Origin: Gemmatimonadaceae bacterium
Lineage (GTDB): Bacteria > Gemmatimonadota > Gemmatimonadetes > Gemmatimonadales > Gemmatimonadaceae
DNA length: 64,000 nt
Direction of reading: 5' to 3'
Assembly: GCA_052386875.1 (NCBI GenBank)
Contig: JBQTJS010000050.1
Coordinates: 1,032 to 65,031, forward strand
The notes below the pieces were generated by a model, which was not told where the DNA came from, ran no database searches, and saw nothing but the letters and a program-made list of their open reading frames with translations. Made by a program: the position numbers and the translations under genes. Positions 1-9,285 of the stretch are shown here, piece after piece (the stretch's first letter is position 1; each line of letters begins with the position of its first letter).

Positions 1-675
1 GGCCATCCATGCCGTGGCGATGACGATGGGCCGCAGCCGCAGCGTGCGCCAATGCAGCACTCCGAAGGCAGCCATGGCGGGGATCAGCGCGATCCCTGCG
101 GTGCGATAGAGCAGTGCCAACGAGCCGCACAACACGAGGCCGGCGATCCGACGGAAGTTCCAGTCGCGGCTTCCGTCTGCCAGCGCGATTGTCGCCCAGC
201 ACATCGCCGCGAACGGGACGTCCGAAACCGCGCGCGTCCCCGCGTCACTCACAGCCGGTACCACTCCCACTGCGAGTATGATGATCCAGGCCGGCATCGG
301 ACCGTTAGGCGCCAGCGTACGCGCCGCCAGGATCAGAAACGCGACGGCGAACAGGGTGGTGACGACAGCAGCGACGTTTTCGTTCAACTCGAAGGCCAGG
401 CCGGCGACACTCAAGGTAAGCGGCAGACCGGGGGGGTACGCCTGGGGCCCGATCACGCGATGCGGCGTGTACAGGTAGCCCGTCTCGACATAGGGGCGTC
501 CCTGCAGGAGGGCCTTGGCATGCAGCAGATACTGTGCGTGATCGCCGGCATCGGTTGCCGGTCCCGAGTGCCAGGCGCGCGCGGCGAGAAAGGCGAACGG
601 AAGCAGCGCGAGGGCGCCTAACAAGAGGGGCCGCTTGCGGCGGCCTGTTCGCTCCTGCGCGGCGTCGCCGTTCAT
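1..675 (-). CDS. Integral membrane protein, the N-terminal part of a putative GT-C type (ArnT/PMT-like) glycosyltransferase. The start is at 675 and the gene runs off the left edge of the window.
   Basis: My own minus-strand translation from the ATG (complement of 673-675) reads MNGDAAQERTGRRKRPLLLGALALLPFAFLAARAW..DAGDHAQYLLHAKALLQGRPY.., followed by several hydrophobic helices. It is absent from the ORF track because it has no stop codon in the window. The + strand ORF 52..621 is its shadow. Confidence 0.5.
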   Translation of the reverse strand, partial: MNGDAAQERTGRRKRPLLLGALALLPFAFLAARAWHSGPATDAGDHAQYLLHAKALLQGRPYVETGYLYTPHRVIGPQAYPPGLPLTLSVAGLAFELNENVAAVVTTLFAVAFLILAARTLAPNGPMPAWIIILAVGVVPAVSDAGTRAVSDVPFAAMCWATIALADGSRDWNFRRIAGLVLCGSLALLYRTAGIALIPAMAAFGVLHWRTLRLRPIVIATAWMA

Positions 676-728
676 AGACTGTTCGGTCACTTTCGTAGCG
701 TCGTCGCTCTCGCTCGGCGGCGCGCCTG

Positions 729-1913
729 TCAACGTCGCGGCAGTGCCAGGACGCTCACGAAGAACGCGCCGAAGATCGTCTGCGCGCCGAGCATAACGAG
801 CGAGACGCCGGGGATGAGCCAGCGCATCGTCACAGTGGAGTCGAGATCGCGGAATCCCGCTTGGTACCACTGCAGTACGGCCGCCGCGACGAGTGCAGTT
901 CCCGTCAGCACGAGCGCAGCGCCGATGGCGAGCGCCCGCTCGAGCGTGAGGTGGCGAGACCAGGCCGCCAGCCGCGCGTTAGGCGGGAGCAGCCCCGCGC
1001 TGGCCGCGTACACCTTCGTCATGACGGCGAAGCCGACAGCCTGGGCACCGAGGAAGACGAGCAGAAACGACACGAGCAGCGTGTGCACGTCGAAGCGCAC
1101 GCCGCGCACTGTGAGACCCGGCATCGCCACCGCGATACCGAGCAAGCCTAACGAGCCGAGTAAGATCCCCGGGATCAGGAAGAGCCAGCGCGGCGAATAC
1201 AGTAGATAGAAACGCAGGTGTCGCCAGCCGTCCCTGAACGTGCGCAGGTGCGGCGGATGCGCAGTGCGCCCGTCACGATGCAGAGTGATGGGCACCTCGG
1301 CGATGCGAGCGCGCAGCAGCCCCGCCTTGACTACGTTCTCCGAGGCGAATTCCATCCCTGTGCAGCGCTGGTGCAGCCTCTCGTACAAGTCCTTGGTAAA
1401 GGCGCGCATCCCCGAGTGCACGTCATGGATCGGCGCCTTGAACCACGTGCGGGCCATCCACGAGAACATCGGGTTCCCCAACCAGCGATGTAGGAAGGGC
1501 ATTGCGCCGGGCATCACGCTGCCGCCCCCGGAAGGGAGCCTGCAGCCCTGCACTAACTCATAACCTTCGCGCAGCTTCTGCACGAATTGCGGGATCTCAC
1601 GGAAGTCGTAGCTCGAGTCCGCATCGCCCATGAGAAGGTACTTGCCGCGAGCGGCCGCGAACCCGTCACGCAGTGCGCTGCCGTAGCCACGACTAATCGC
1701 GTGAACGACGCGCGCCCCCATTGCCGCCGCGATTTCCGCCGATCCATCGGTGCTGCCGTTGTCCGCGACGATGATTTCGCTGCGGCATCCTGCCCGTCTA
1801 ACTCCGACCTGAGCCTTCTCCAGACACGATGCGAGCGTTTCGGCCTCGTTAAGGCACGGAATCACGACGGACAACTCGATCTCGCGAGCCGTCTCAGCTG
1901 GACTTATGATCAA
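729..1913 (-). CDS. Family 2 glycosyltransferase with C-terminal transmembrane helices (ArnC / polyprenyl-phosphate sugar transferase-like)
   Basis: 394-aa ORF with a TTG start. It carries the GT-A signature VVIPCLNEAETL..ADNGSTDGS..GDADSSYD, and its C-terminal half is multi-helix hydrophobic. Confidence 0.8.
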   Translation of the reverse strand: MIISPAETAREIELSVVIPCLNEAETLASCLEKAQVGVRRAGCRSEIIVADNGSTDGSAEIAAAMGARVVHAISRGYGSALRDGFAAARGKYLLMGDADSSYDFREIPQFVQKLREGYELVQGCRLPSGGGSVMPGAMPFLHRWLGNPMFSWMARTWFKAPIHDVHSGMRAFTKDLYERLHQRCTGMEFASENVVKAGLLRARIAEVPITLHRDGRTAHPPHLRTFRDGWRHLRFYLLYSPRWLFLIPGILLGSLGLLGIAVAMPGLTVRGVRFDVHTLLVSFLLVFLGAQAVGFAVMTKVYAASAGLLPPNARLAAWSRHLTLERALAIGAALVLTGTALVAAAVLQWYQAGFRDLDSTVTMRWLIPGVSLVMLGAQTIFGAFFVSVLALPRR

Positions 1914-2227
1914 AACGACCCCTCCCCGTTTCTCGCGGGCATGCGCACACGGTTCGAGCGCGGCGCGGTGATAGTTTGCACGTCACATGCCCGCCGCCGG
2001 AGTGGGCGCGCACTCCGGCCCCGGCAACGCATGGGCTCGTTAGGTGACCGCACCGCAGAGCTGTGTTCGTTAGGTACGGCTAGCGCCGGCGGCTGCGCTA
2101 GGACGCACGTCACAGATCGCCGCCGCGTCCGCTCGAATGGCGTGCCAATTGCGCCAGCATCAGCCCGTCACTTGCTATTCATCCGAGGCTCAGCCTGCTG
2201 CAACAATCCGCCGCGATTTTTCGCAAC

Positions 2228-2268
2228 TCAGCGAGAAAGTCAGCGAGAAAGTCAGCGAGAAAGTCAGC
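2228..2268. repeat. 12-bp perfect tandem repeat TCAGCGAGAAAG, three full copies plus a partial fourth, upstream of coxB
   Basis: Read directly from the sequence: tcagcgagaaag tcagcgagaaag tcagcgagaaag tcagc. Confidence 0.9.
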
Positions 2269-2311
2269 AACGCCGCGGCCACTCCTCCGCGGCCTCGCGC
2301 ACACGATCCCC

Positions 2312-3268
2312 TTGCTGATGCAGGCGTGCGCGGGTGAACGATCCATGCTGCAACCGGGTGGCCCGGCCGCGGCAGAAATCGCCGTGCTGTGGTGGTTCAT
2401 GTTTGCGCTGGCCGTGCCGATAGCGGCCGCCGTCTGCGCTGCGCTCATCGGCGCAATCGCGCGCGCGAGGTCGAGACGGAGGGGGAATGGGCTCTCTCCC
2501 AGGATGACGCGCAATTGGCTCGTCTACGGCGCTGTCGTCATGCCCGCGGTCATTGTAACCGCCGTATTCGTCGCATCAGAGCGGGCGATGGGTGTGCTGC
2601 ACGCGCACGCAGGCAGCGACGACGTCGTCATCGGAATCACAGGCTGGCAGTGGTGGTGGGAAGTGCGCTACATCGCTAACGGCGACACGGTCATCACGGC
2701 CAACGAGATGCACATCCCTACCGGCCGGCGTATTCGAGTCGAGCTTGCGGCCGGGGATGTGATTCACAGTCTGTGGGTCCCCAAGCTTCAAGGGAAAACA
2801 GATCTCATTCCGGGTCGGATGAACCGGACGTGGCTCCAGGCTGACATTGCCGGCGTCTACGGTGCCCCGTGTGCCGAGTACTGCGGGGCGCAACACTCCC
2901 ATATGACGCTGCTTGTGGTAGCCGAAGCGCCGGAGCAGTTCGAGCAATGGCTCGAGGGGCAACGCAGACCGGCGGCCGCTCCAGCGGATTCGCTGGGCCG
3001 CAGGGGTGCGGAGGTCTTCGGCCGCGCCGGCTGCGCCTATTGTCACATGGTTCGCGGCACAGGCTCGTTAGGCAAGCTCGGCCCCGACCTGACTCACCTG
3101 GCGACGCGGCGGACGCTCGCGGCAGGAACGCTCGGCAATACGCCGGCGGATCTGGCGGCCTGGCTCGCGGCGCCGCAGCGCGTCAAGCCCGGGAACCGGA
3201 TGCCTAACGTTGCCCTGACGGCTTCCGAGCTTGCGGCGCTGGTGCACTATCTAAACGGCTTGCGGTAA
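2312..3268 (+). CDS. coxB: Cytochrome c oxidase subunit II with a fused C-terminal cytochrome c domain (caa3 type). The start could also be the ATG at 2345.
   Basis: CuA site HSLWVPKLQGK...CAEYCGAQHSHM and haem c motif CAYCH, with two N-terminal TM helices. Confidence 0.9.
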   Translation: MLMQACAGERSMLQPGGPAAAEIAVLWWFMFALAVPIAAAVCAALIGAIARARSRRRGNGLSPRMTRNWLVYGAVVMPAVIVTAVFVASERAMGVLHAHAGSDDVVIGITGWQWWWEVRYIANGDTVITANEMHIPTGRRIRVELAAGDVIHSLWVPKLQGKTDLIPGRMNRTWLQADIAGVYGAPCAEYCGAQHSHMTLLVVAEAPEQFEQWLEGQRRPAAAPADSLGRRGAEVFGRAGCAYCHMVRGTGSLGKLGPDLTHLATRRTLAAGTLGNTPADLAAWLAAPQRVKPGNRMPNVALTASELAALVHYLNGLR

Positions 3269-3274
3269 GGCCAC

Positions 3275-5797
3275 GTGAGCGCACTGCGCGAGGCCGAGCA
3301 GAGACTCACGGCGTTCGAGCGCGTATGGGGCGACCCGCGCGGCTTTGTCGGCGCGCTGCGCACTGTGAACAATATCCCGATTGCGCACCGCTACATGGTG
3401 ACAGCGGCGGTCTTCTTTCTTGTCGGCGGCGTGCAAGCGCTGCTCATGCGCATCCAGTTAGGTACTCCGGACAACACGTTCCTGGACGCGGCCACGTACA
3501 ACCAGCTCTTCACGATGCACGGGACTACGATGATGTTCCTCTTCGTAATCCCCTTTATCGAAGCGATGGCGAGCTACTTCCTGCCGCTCATGCTGGGGAC
3601 TCGCGACATGCCGTTCCCGCGCCTAACGGCGCTCAGTTACTGGACGTATGTCTTCGGCGGCATCTTCCTCTACTCCAGCTTCCTTTTCGGCGTCGCCCCC
3701 GACGGCGGCTGGTTCGCGTACCTTCCGCTCAACAGCAAGGAGTTCGCCCCCGGCATCAACATGGATTTCTGGGATATCGGCCTCAGCGTCGCCGAGGTCG
3801 CAGCCATTGGGGCGGGGGCCGAGCTGATCGTGGGAATCGTGCGCATGCGCGCACCGGGGATGACCTTCGCGCGCCTGCCGATGTTCGCATGGACGATGCT
3901 CGTCGTGGCCGTGATGCTCATCCTCGCGTTTGTGCCGCTCATCGTGGCGACAGCGATGCTGGAGTTGGATCGCAAAGGGCTCACTCATTTCTTCGATCTG
4001 GCGTACGGCGGCGATCCGCTGCTATGGCAACACCTGTTCTGGGTCTTCGGGCATCCCGAGGTGTACATCATGTTCCTTCCGGCTGCCGGGATCGTATCGC
4101 AGATCGTACAGACATCGTCACGCACGCCGCTGGCGAACTACTGGGCGATCGTAACCGCGATACTTGCCACGGCGCTGCTCAGCTTCGTGCTGTGGTTGCA
4201 TCACATGTTTGTGACAGGCGAGTCGCCTAACGCGATGCGCGCCGTGACAGTGGCGAGCCTGCTCATCGCTATCCCGGCGGGGATCCAGGTCGTCAGCTGG
4301 CTCAGCACAATGTGGAGCGGGCGCGTGGTGTGGACGACAGCGACGCACTTCGTGGCGGGCTTCATCGTACTGTTCACGCTGGGCGGGATTACCGGCGTCA
4401 TGGTAGCCGCCATCCCGTTCGACGCGCAGGTGCACGATACGTACTTCGTTGTAGCGCACTTCCACTACGTGCTGATAGGCGGCGTGATCTTCCCGTTCTT
4501 CGCTGCGCTGTACTACTGGCTACCCAAGGTCACCGGCCGGCGCCTCGACGAACGCCTGGGGAAGTGGAATTTCTGGACGATGTTCATCGGCTTCAACGTT
4601 GCGTTCTTCCCGATGCACATCTCCGGACTTTTGGGGATGCCACGGCGCATCTATACGTACTCCAGCGGCCTCGGTTTGGAGGTGACGAATCTCGTTTCCA
4701 CGTTAGGCGCACTGATCTTCGCAGCCGGCGTCGCGCTGGCGCTGCTGAACGTCGCATGGAGCCGCAAGCGCGGCGCTGCAGCCGGGGACAATCCGTGGGG
4801 ATCGGATACGCTGGAGTGGGCCGAGTCCTCGCCTCCGCGCGCGGCACAGTTCGCCCACATCCCGTTGATCCGAAGCCGGCACCCGCTCTGGGAGCAACCC
4901 GCGCTCAGCGCGACGGAAGCGACCTCTGATACGCTGCCGCAGCTAGCCGTGCAGCCGGCCGAGTGGCGCGGTGCGCTGAGCGTATCGCTGCGCGGAGCCA
5001 GGCCCGAAGCCGTGGTGCATCTCCCGGGGTCCACGATCTGGCCGTTCGTGATGGCGGTCGGCTTCGTGTTCCTCTTCGCGGGGGCGCTGCTCGACAGCGG
5101 CATCCTCGCCGGCATCGGCGGACTGGTCACGGCCGTGTCGCTGTGCGGCTGGTTCTGGCCCTCGCGGACGCAGGCCTTGGCCGTAGCCGAGGCCGGGGAG
5201 CAGGGGAAGATCGGCGATCTCCCGTTAGGCATCTCCGGGCCGCTCTCCAACGGCTGGTGGGGGACTTGGGTGCTCGTTCTGGCGCTCGCGACGGCGCTTG
5301 TGACGATCGTCGCGTGCTACTTTGCGTTGAGCGGGATATGGGACCCGTGGCGCCCGGATGGATCGGCAACGCTGCTGGCGGCGGGCGCGGCGTCTGTGGC
5401 AGCGCTGGCCGCGCTCGCCACATGGTGGGGCGGGAGAGGTGGCACGGAGTCTGAGGCCGGACGCCGGCGCTTCGGCCTAACGATGGGCTTGTTGCTCGAT
5501 ATGACGCTGCTGGTACTGCTATGGCTGCTGTACGAGTATCACGACACGTCCGAGATACGCGCGGTCCACGCGCGCGGCTCGCTGCTTTATCTCACCTTTC
5601 TTTTTCAAGCTACTGTGACGCTCATGCACTTCCTCTGGGTTTCCGTAGCGGCGGCATGGGCGTGGGTGGTCCCGCGTGACGTAAGAGGTCTCGGTCCGAG
5701 CGAGAATGCGGCGGTGCTGAGCTACTTTCTGGCGGCGAGCTGGTGGCTGGTAGTCGGCGTTCTGTACCTGTGGACGCCTGCCGCCGCCGCCGCGTGA
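3275..5797 (+). CDS. ctaD: Cytochrome c oxidase subunit I fused to a subunit III-like C-terminal membrane domain
   Basis: 840-aa ORF with a GTG start. Subunit I motifs are present (WFFGHPEVY-like FWVFGHPEVYIMFLP, VVAHFHYVLIGG). About 280 additional C-terminal residues form further TM helices. Confidence 0.9.
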   Translation: MSALREAEQRLTAFERVWGDPRGFVGALRTVNNIPIAHRYMVTAAVFFLVGGVQALLMRIQLGTPDNTFLDAATYNQLFTMHGTTMMFLFVIPFIEAMASYFLPLMLGTRDMPFPRLTALSYWTYVFGGIFLYSSFLFGVAPDGGWFAYLPLNSKEFAPGINMDFWDIGLSVAEVAAIGAGAELIVGIVRMRAPGMTFARLPMFAWTMLVVAVMLILAFVPLIVATAMLELDRKGLTHFFDLAYGGDPLLWQHLFWVFGHPEVYIMFLPAAGIVSQIVQTSSRTPLANYWAIVTAILATALLSFVLWLHHMFVTGESPNAMRAVTVASLLIAIPAGIQVVSWLSTMWSGRVVWTTATHFVAGFIVLFTLGGITGVMVAAIPFDAQVHDTYFVVAHFHYVLIGGVIFPFFAALYYWLPKVTGRRLDERLGKWNFWTMFIGFNVAFFPMHISGLLGMPRRIYTYSSGLGLEVTNLVSTLGALIFAAGVALALLNVAWSRKRGAAAGDNPWGSDTLEWAESSPPRAAQFAHIPLIRSRHPLWEQPALSATEATSDTLPQLAVQPAEWRGALSVSLRGARPEAVVHLPGSTIWPFVMAVGFVFLFAGALLDSGILAGIGGLVTAVSLCGWFWPSRTQALAVAEAGEQGKIGDLPLGISGPLSNGWWGTWVLVLALATALVTIVACYFALSGIWDPWRPDGSATLLAAGAASVAALAALATWWGGRGGTESEAGRRRFGLTMGLLLDMTLLVLLWLLYEYHDTSEIRAVHARGSLLYLTFLFQATVTLMHFLWVSVAAAWAWVVPRDVRGLGPSENAAVLSYFLAASWWLVVGVLYLWTPAAAAA

Positions 5798-5929
5798 AGC
5801 GGTCGGAGAACTGCAGGAACGCGCGTTCCTGAGTGCACGCTTGCCGCGATCCGACAGTGAGCGCCGCAAATTCCGCGCGGGCCGATGTGGCTTCGTTTCG
5901 GGCAGTGGAGGGCGGTGCTCCTTGGGTGC

Positions 5930-5957
5930 TTGACTCATGCCGTGAGTAGGATATACT
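5930..5957 (+). promoter_or_regulatory. Candidate sigma70-like promoter of vapBC, with a small palindrome over the -10 element
   Basis: TTGACT (5930-5935), 16 nt, then TATACT (5952-5957), ending 6 nt before the vapB ATG (5964). The palindrome is GAGTA-ggata-TACTC. The local G+C is visibly lower than the surroundings. Confidence 0.4.
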
Positions 5958-5963
5958 CAGAGC

Positions 5964-6221
5964 ATGAGTAAGAGACTGCAGGTAATCCTCGAGGACGCGG
6001 AGTACCGCAGCGTCCAGAAACTCGCCCGGAAACAAAAGACGACGGTATCGGCCCTCGTGCGCGAAGCCATCCGCGCACTGCGGTCGCGATTGCCCAGACA
6101 CGACGCCGAGCGAAAGCTGGCTGCCATCCGTCAGGGGGCCCGCCACTCATTCCCCGTTGGGCCAATCGAGCAAATGCTCGGTGAAATTGAACGAGGCTAC
6201 CTGGGCGATCACACATCGTGA
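5964..6221 (+). CDS. vapB: Ribbon-helix-helix (CopG/VapB-type) antitoxin
   Basis: 85-aa protein whose N-terminus [33 protein letters not shown] is a typical RHH. It overlaps the downstream PIN gene by 4 nt (ATGA-type coupling). Confidence 0.8.
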   Translation: MSKRLQVILEDAEYRSVQKLARKQKTTVSALVREAIRALRSRLPRHDAERKLAAIRQGARHSFPVGPIEQMLGEIERGYLGDHTS

Positions 6222-6610
6222 TCTTTGTCGACTCCAACGTGCCGATGTACCTCATCGGCGCCCCGCACCCTCACAAAGTCGACGCGCAGCGGCTGCTCGA
6301 GCGAGCAATTGCCGACCGAGAGCGCCTGGTTACAAACGCCGAGGTGCTGCAAGAGATTCTGCATCGGTTCGTCGCAATTGACCGTCGCGATGCGATCCAG
6401 CCGGCCTTTGATGTCTTGTTGGGCGCCGTCGACGAAGTTTTCCCTGTCGAACTTGTTGACGTGGAGCGAGCGAAAACCATCCTGTTCGGGGTCCAGATCT
6501 CAGCGCGCGACGCAGTCCATTTGGCAACGATGGATCGTCGCAGCGTGACGCGTATTATGAGCTTCGACGCAGGCTTCGACGCATACACCGGCGTCACGCG
6601 GCTTTACTAG
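6218..6610 (+). CDS. vapC: PIN-domain ribonuclease toxin VapC
   Basis: 130-aa protein with the N-terminal IFVDSNV acidic motif and later conserved D residues. It is paired with the RHH antitoxin. Confidence 0.85.
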   Translation: MIFVDSNVPMYLIGAPHPHKVDAQRLLERAIADRERLVTNAEVLQEILHRFVAIDRRDAIQPAFDVLLGAVDEVFPVELVDVERAKTILFGVQISARDAVHLATMDRRSVTRIMSFDAGFDAYTGVTRLY

Positions 6611-6698
6611 CCGAACGCGCGAGTTGACCCCGTGTGCGCGCACCGAGGTCACGCGGCTTTACTAGCCGAACGCGTGAGTTGACCCCGTATGCGCGCAC
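6593..6698. repeat. Tandem duplication with a 55-bp period (two 51-bp copies, 2 mismatches) that includes the last 18 nt of vapC
   Basis: gtcacgcggctttactagccgaacgcg(c/t)gagttgaccccgt(g/a)tgcgcgcac occurs at 6593 and again at 6648. Confidence 0.9.
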
Positions 6699-6753
6699 TG
6701 ATGATGTTCCCTGACCGCCCGACACACTGCTACTTAACTCGCACTATACAAGC

Positions 6754-7902
6754 ATGACCACCGTGGCTCCGCCGACGGCGCCCCCCGTCCCGCTCCTCGA
6801 CCTCAAGGCGCAGCACGCCACCATCAAGGACGATATTGACGCTGCCATCAAGCAGGTCGTCGAGAGCCAGACCTTCATACTCGGCCCCGCCGTCGAACGC
6901 TTGGAAGAGGCAATCGCCGAGCTGTCGCACACGCGCTATGCGATCGCCTGTGCGAGCGGCACCGATGCCCTCCTCCTCGCGCTGCGCGCTCTCGACGTCG
7001 GGCGCGGCGATGAAGTCATCACGACTCCGTTTACGTTCTTCGCCACAGCCGGCACGATCCACAACGCCGGCGCCACGCCGGTGTTCGTCGATATAGATCC
7101 GCGCACGTACAATATCGTCCCCGAGGCAGTTGCCGCCGCGGTTTCGGCCAGAACCAAAGCGACAATCCCGGTCGACCTGTTCGGTCAGATGGCGGCACTA
7201 GAGGAAATCGCCAGGCTCCTGCCTAACGTGCCCATCATCGAGGATGCCGCACAGACGATCGGCGCGTCGCGCAGTATCGATGGCGTTACCAGGATGGCCG
7301 GCGAGGCGGCCACTATCGGCGCCTTCTCCTTCTATCCGTCCAAGAACCTCGGTGCGTACGGTGACGGAGGGATGATCGTCACGCAGAACGAGCATCTGGC
7401 AACAGTGCTGCGGAAGCTGCGCACGCACGGCGGGCTGCGCACCTATCATCACGACATCGTGGGCTTCAACTCGCGCCTCGACGCGCTGCAGGCAGTCGTG
7501 TTGCAAGCCAAGCTGCCGTACCTGGCGCAGTGGAGCACGAAACGGCGCGCGAACGCGGAGTACTATACAACCGCGTTAGGTGATGTTACCGAAGTGATCA
7601 CGCCGTACATCGATCCGGCGAATACCTGCATCTACAACCAATACACGCTGCGCGTAGAACGGCGCGACGCCCTCCAGGCGCATCTGAAAGAGCAGGGGAT
7701 CGGGACGGCGATCTACTATCCGGTCCCGCTGCATCTGCAGCCCTGCTTTGACTACCTGGGATACAAGAAAGGAGCATGTCCGGAGTCCGAGAGAGCGGCT
7801 GCGGAAGTACTTTCCATTCCCATCTACCCCGAGCTTACGCCTGGTCAACTCGACCGAGTGATTGGCGCGATTCGTGCTTTCTACGGGCGCCGACCGTCGT
7901 AG
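6754..7902 (+). CDS. DegT/DnrJ/EryC1/StrS family PLP-dependent sugar aminotransferase (ArnB/WecE-like)
   Basis: 382-aa protein with the typical fold-I sugar aminotransferase layout and a PLP-lysine region FSFYPSKNLGAYGDGG. Confidence 0.9.
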   Translation: MTTVAPPTAPPVPLLDLKAQHATIKDDIDAAIKQVVESQTFILGPAVERLEEAIAELSHTRYAIACASGTDALLLALRALDVGRGDEVITTPFTFFATAGTIHNAGATPVFVDIDPRTYNIVPEAVAAAVSARTKATIPVDLFGQMAALEEIARLLPNVPIIEDAAQTIGASRSIDGVTRMAGEAATIGAFSFYPSKNLGAYGDGGMIVTQNEHLATVLRKLRTHGGLRTYHHDIVGFNSRLDALQAVVLQAKLPYLAQWSTKRRANAEYYTTALGDVTEVITPYIDPANTCIYNQYTLRVERRDALQAHLKEQGIGTAIYYPVPLHLQPCFDYLGYKKGACPESERAAAEVLSIPIYPELTPGQLDRVIGAIRAFYGRRPS

Positions 7903-7930
7903 ACCTACTCCCCAAGCTACCTCTAACTGC

Positions 7931-9247
7931 ATGAAGGATCAGCTCTTACACAAGATCGCGGAGCGCAAGGCCGTTGTAGGAGTGGTGGGTCTGGGCTACG
8001 TCGGGCTGCCGCTTTCCATGGAGTTCGCGAAGGCAGGATTCTCGGTGCTCGGGTACGATGTCAGCCAGGGCACTGTCGACCGCCTGATGCAGGGCGAGTC
8101 GCACATTCAGGACGTGCCTAGCCGCGTGGTGAGCGAGCAGGTAAAGGCCGGCCGGTTCGTGGCGACAACCGATGAAGCGTGCCTCGCGCGGTGTGACGCC
8201 ATCTCGATCGCGGTCCCCACGCCGCTCTCGAAGACGCGCGATCCGGACATGAGCTTCGTGCAGGCGGCCACAGATACGATTGCGCGTCACGCGCACGCCG
8301 GACTGCTTGTCGTTCTCGAGAGCACGACGTATCCCGGCACCACGCGTGAAGTGCTGCAGCCGCGCCTGGAAGAGCGCGGGCTCACCGTGGGCAGGGACGT
8401 CTTCCTCGCCTTCAGCCCGGAGCGCGTCGACCCCGGTAACCCTGTCTGGAACACGAAGAACACTCCGAAGGTCGTGGGTGGAGTCACGCAGTCGTGCACA
8501 CAGGTTGCGACCGCGCTGTATTCGGCGTGCATCGACACAGTGATTTCGGTGACGAGCACGGAGTCCGCCGAGCTGGTGAAACTGCTGGAGAACACCTTCC
8601 GCGCGGTGAACATCGCGATGGTGAACGAGATGGCGATAGTGTGCGACAAGTTAGGCGTGGATGTCTGGGAGGTGATCGACGCAGCGGCGACGAAGCCGTT
8701 CGGCTTTATGAAGTTCACGCCGGGGCCTGGAATCGGCGGGCACTGCATCCCGCTGGATCCGCATTATCTCGCGTGGAAGATGCGGACGCTGAACTACAAG
8801 ACGCGTTTCATCGATCTGGCGAGCGAGATCAACTCGGAGATGCCGGAGTTCGTGGTGCGCAAGATAGCGCGGGTGCTGAACGAGCATCGCAAGGCTGTGA
8901 ATGGGAGCCGCATCCTCGTGTTAGGCGTCGCCTACAAGAAGGACATCGACGACATGCGCGAGAGTCCGGCGCTGGATGTCATCCGGTTGCTCGAGGAGCG
9001 CGGCGCCGAAGTTGAATACCACGATCCGCACGTTCCTTTCTTCACGGAGAACGGCCACACCTTGCGGGCTGTCGATCTCACGGCGGACCGGCTGGCGTCA
9101 GCGGACGCGGTGGTCATCGTCACCGATCACTCGGCTGTCGACTATCAGATGGTGGTGGACCACGCCGAGCTTGTAGTGGACACGCGCAACTCGACGCGCG
9201 GCCTCAAGCCGTCGAAGGCGCGCCTGGTGGCGCTGGCGTCGAGTTAG
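7931..9247 (+). CDS. Nucleotide-sugar dehydrogenase of the UDP-N-acetyl-D-glucosamine/mannosamine dehydrogenase type (WbpA/WecC-like)
   Basis: Rossmann motif GVVGLGYVGLP and catalytic region GIGGHCIPLDP. I prefer the ATG at 7931 (MKDQLL) over the ORF-track start at 7862, which overlaps the upstream gene. Confidence 0.85.
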   Translation: MKDQLLHKIAERKAVVGVVGLGYVGLPLSMEFAKAGFSVLGYDVSQGTVDRLMQGESHIQDVPSRVVSEQVKAGRFVATTDEACLARCDAISIAVPTPLSKTRDPDMSFVQAATDTIARHAHAGLLVVLESTTYPGTTREVLQPRLEERGLTVGRDVFLAFSPERVDPGNPVWNTKNTPKVVGGVTQSCTQVATALYSACIDTVISVTSTESAELVKLLENTFRAVNIAMVNEMAIVCDKLGVDVWEVIDAAATKPFGFMKFTPGPGIGGHCIPLDPHYLAWKMRTLNYKTRFIDLASEINSEMPEFVVRKIARVLNEHRKAVNGSRILVLGVAYKKDIDDMRESPALDVIRLLEERGAEVEYHDPHVPFFTENGHTLRAVDLTADRLASADAVVIVTDHSAVDYQMVVDHAELVVDTRNSTRGLKPSKARLVALASS

Positions 9248-9250
9248 GTC

Positions 9251-9275
9251 CTCCTTACTTCTTTCCCTTAAGGAG
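9251..9275 (+). promoter_or_regulatory. Hairpin that pairs the ugd Shine-Dalgarno sequence (AAGGAG)
   Basis: CTCCTTA (9251-9257) pairs with TAAGGAG (9269-9275) around an 11-nt loop, 10 nt upstream of the TTG start at 9286. Confidence 0.4.
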
Positions 9276-9285
9276 TCGTTAGGCT

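Noticed and set aside
52-621. 189-aa + strand ORF at the left edge, and the nested ORF 278..478
   Set aside because: Its Arg/Gly/Gln-rich composition is typical of an off-frame or antisense read of GC-rich coding DNA. The opposite strand encodes a convincing membrane protein starting at 675.
5476-7222. Using motif-free gaps (5476-7222 vapBC; 17352-19004 radC; 23979-25769 rimI-ssb; 54732-56465 pilT; 48220-50082) as evidence of horizontal transfer
   Set aside because: With a mean spacing of about 0.58 kb, several gaps of about 1.7 kb are expected by chance among about 110 intervals. The gaps alone therefore prove nothing.
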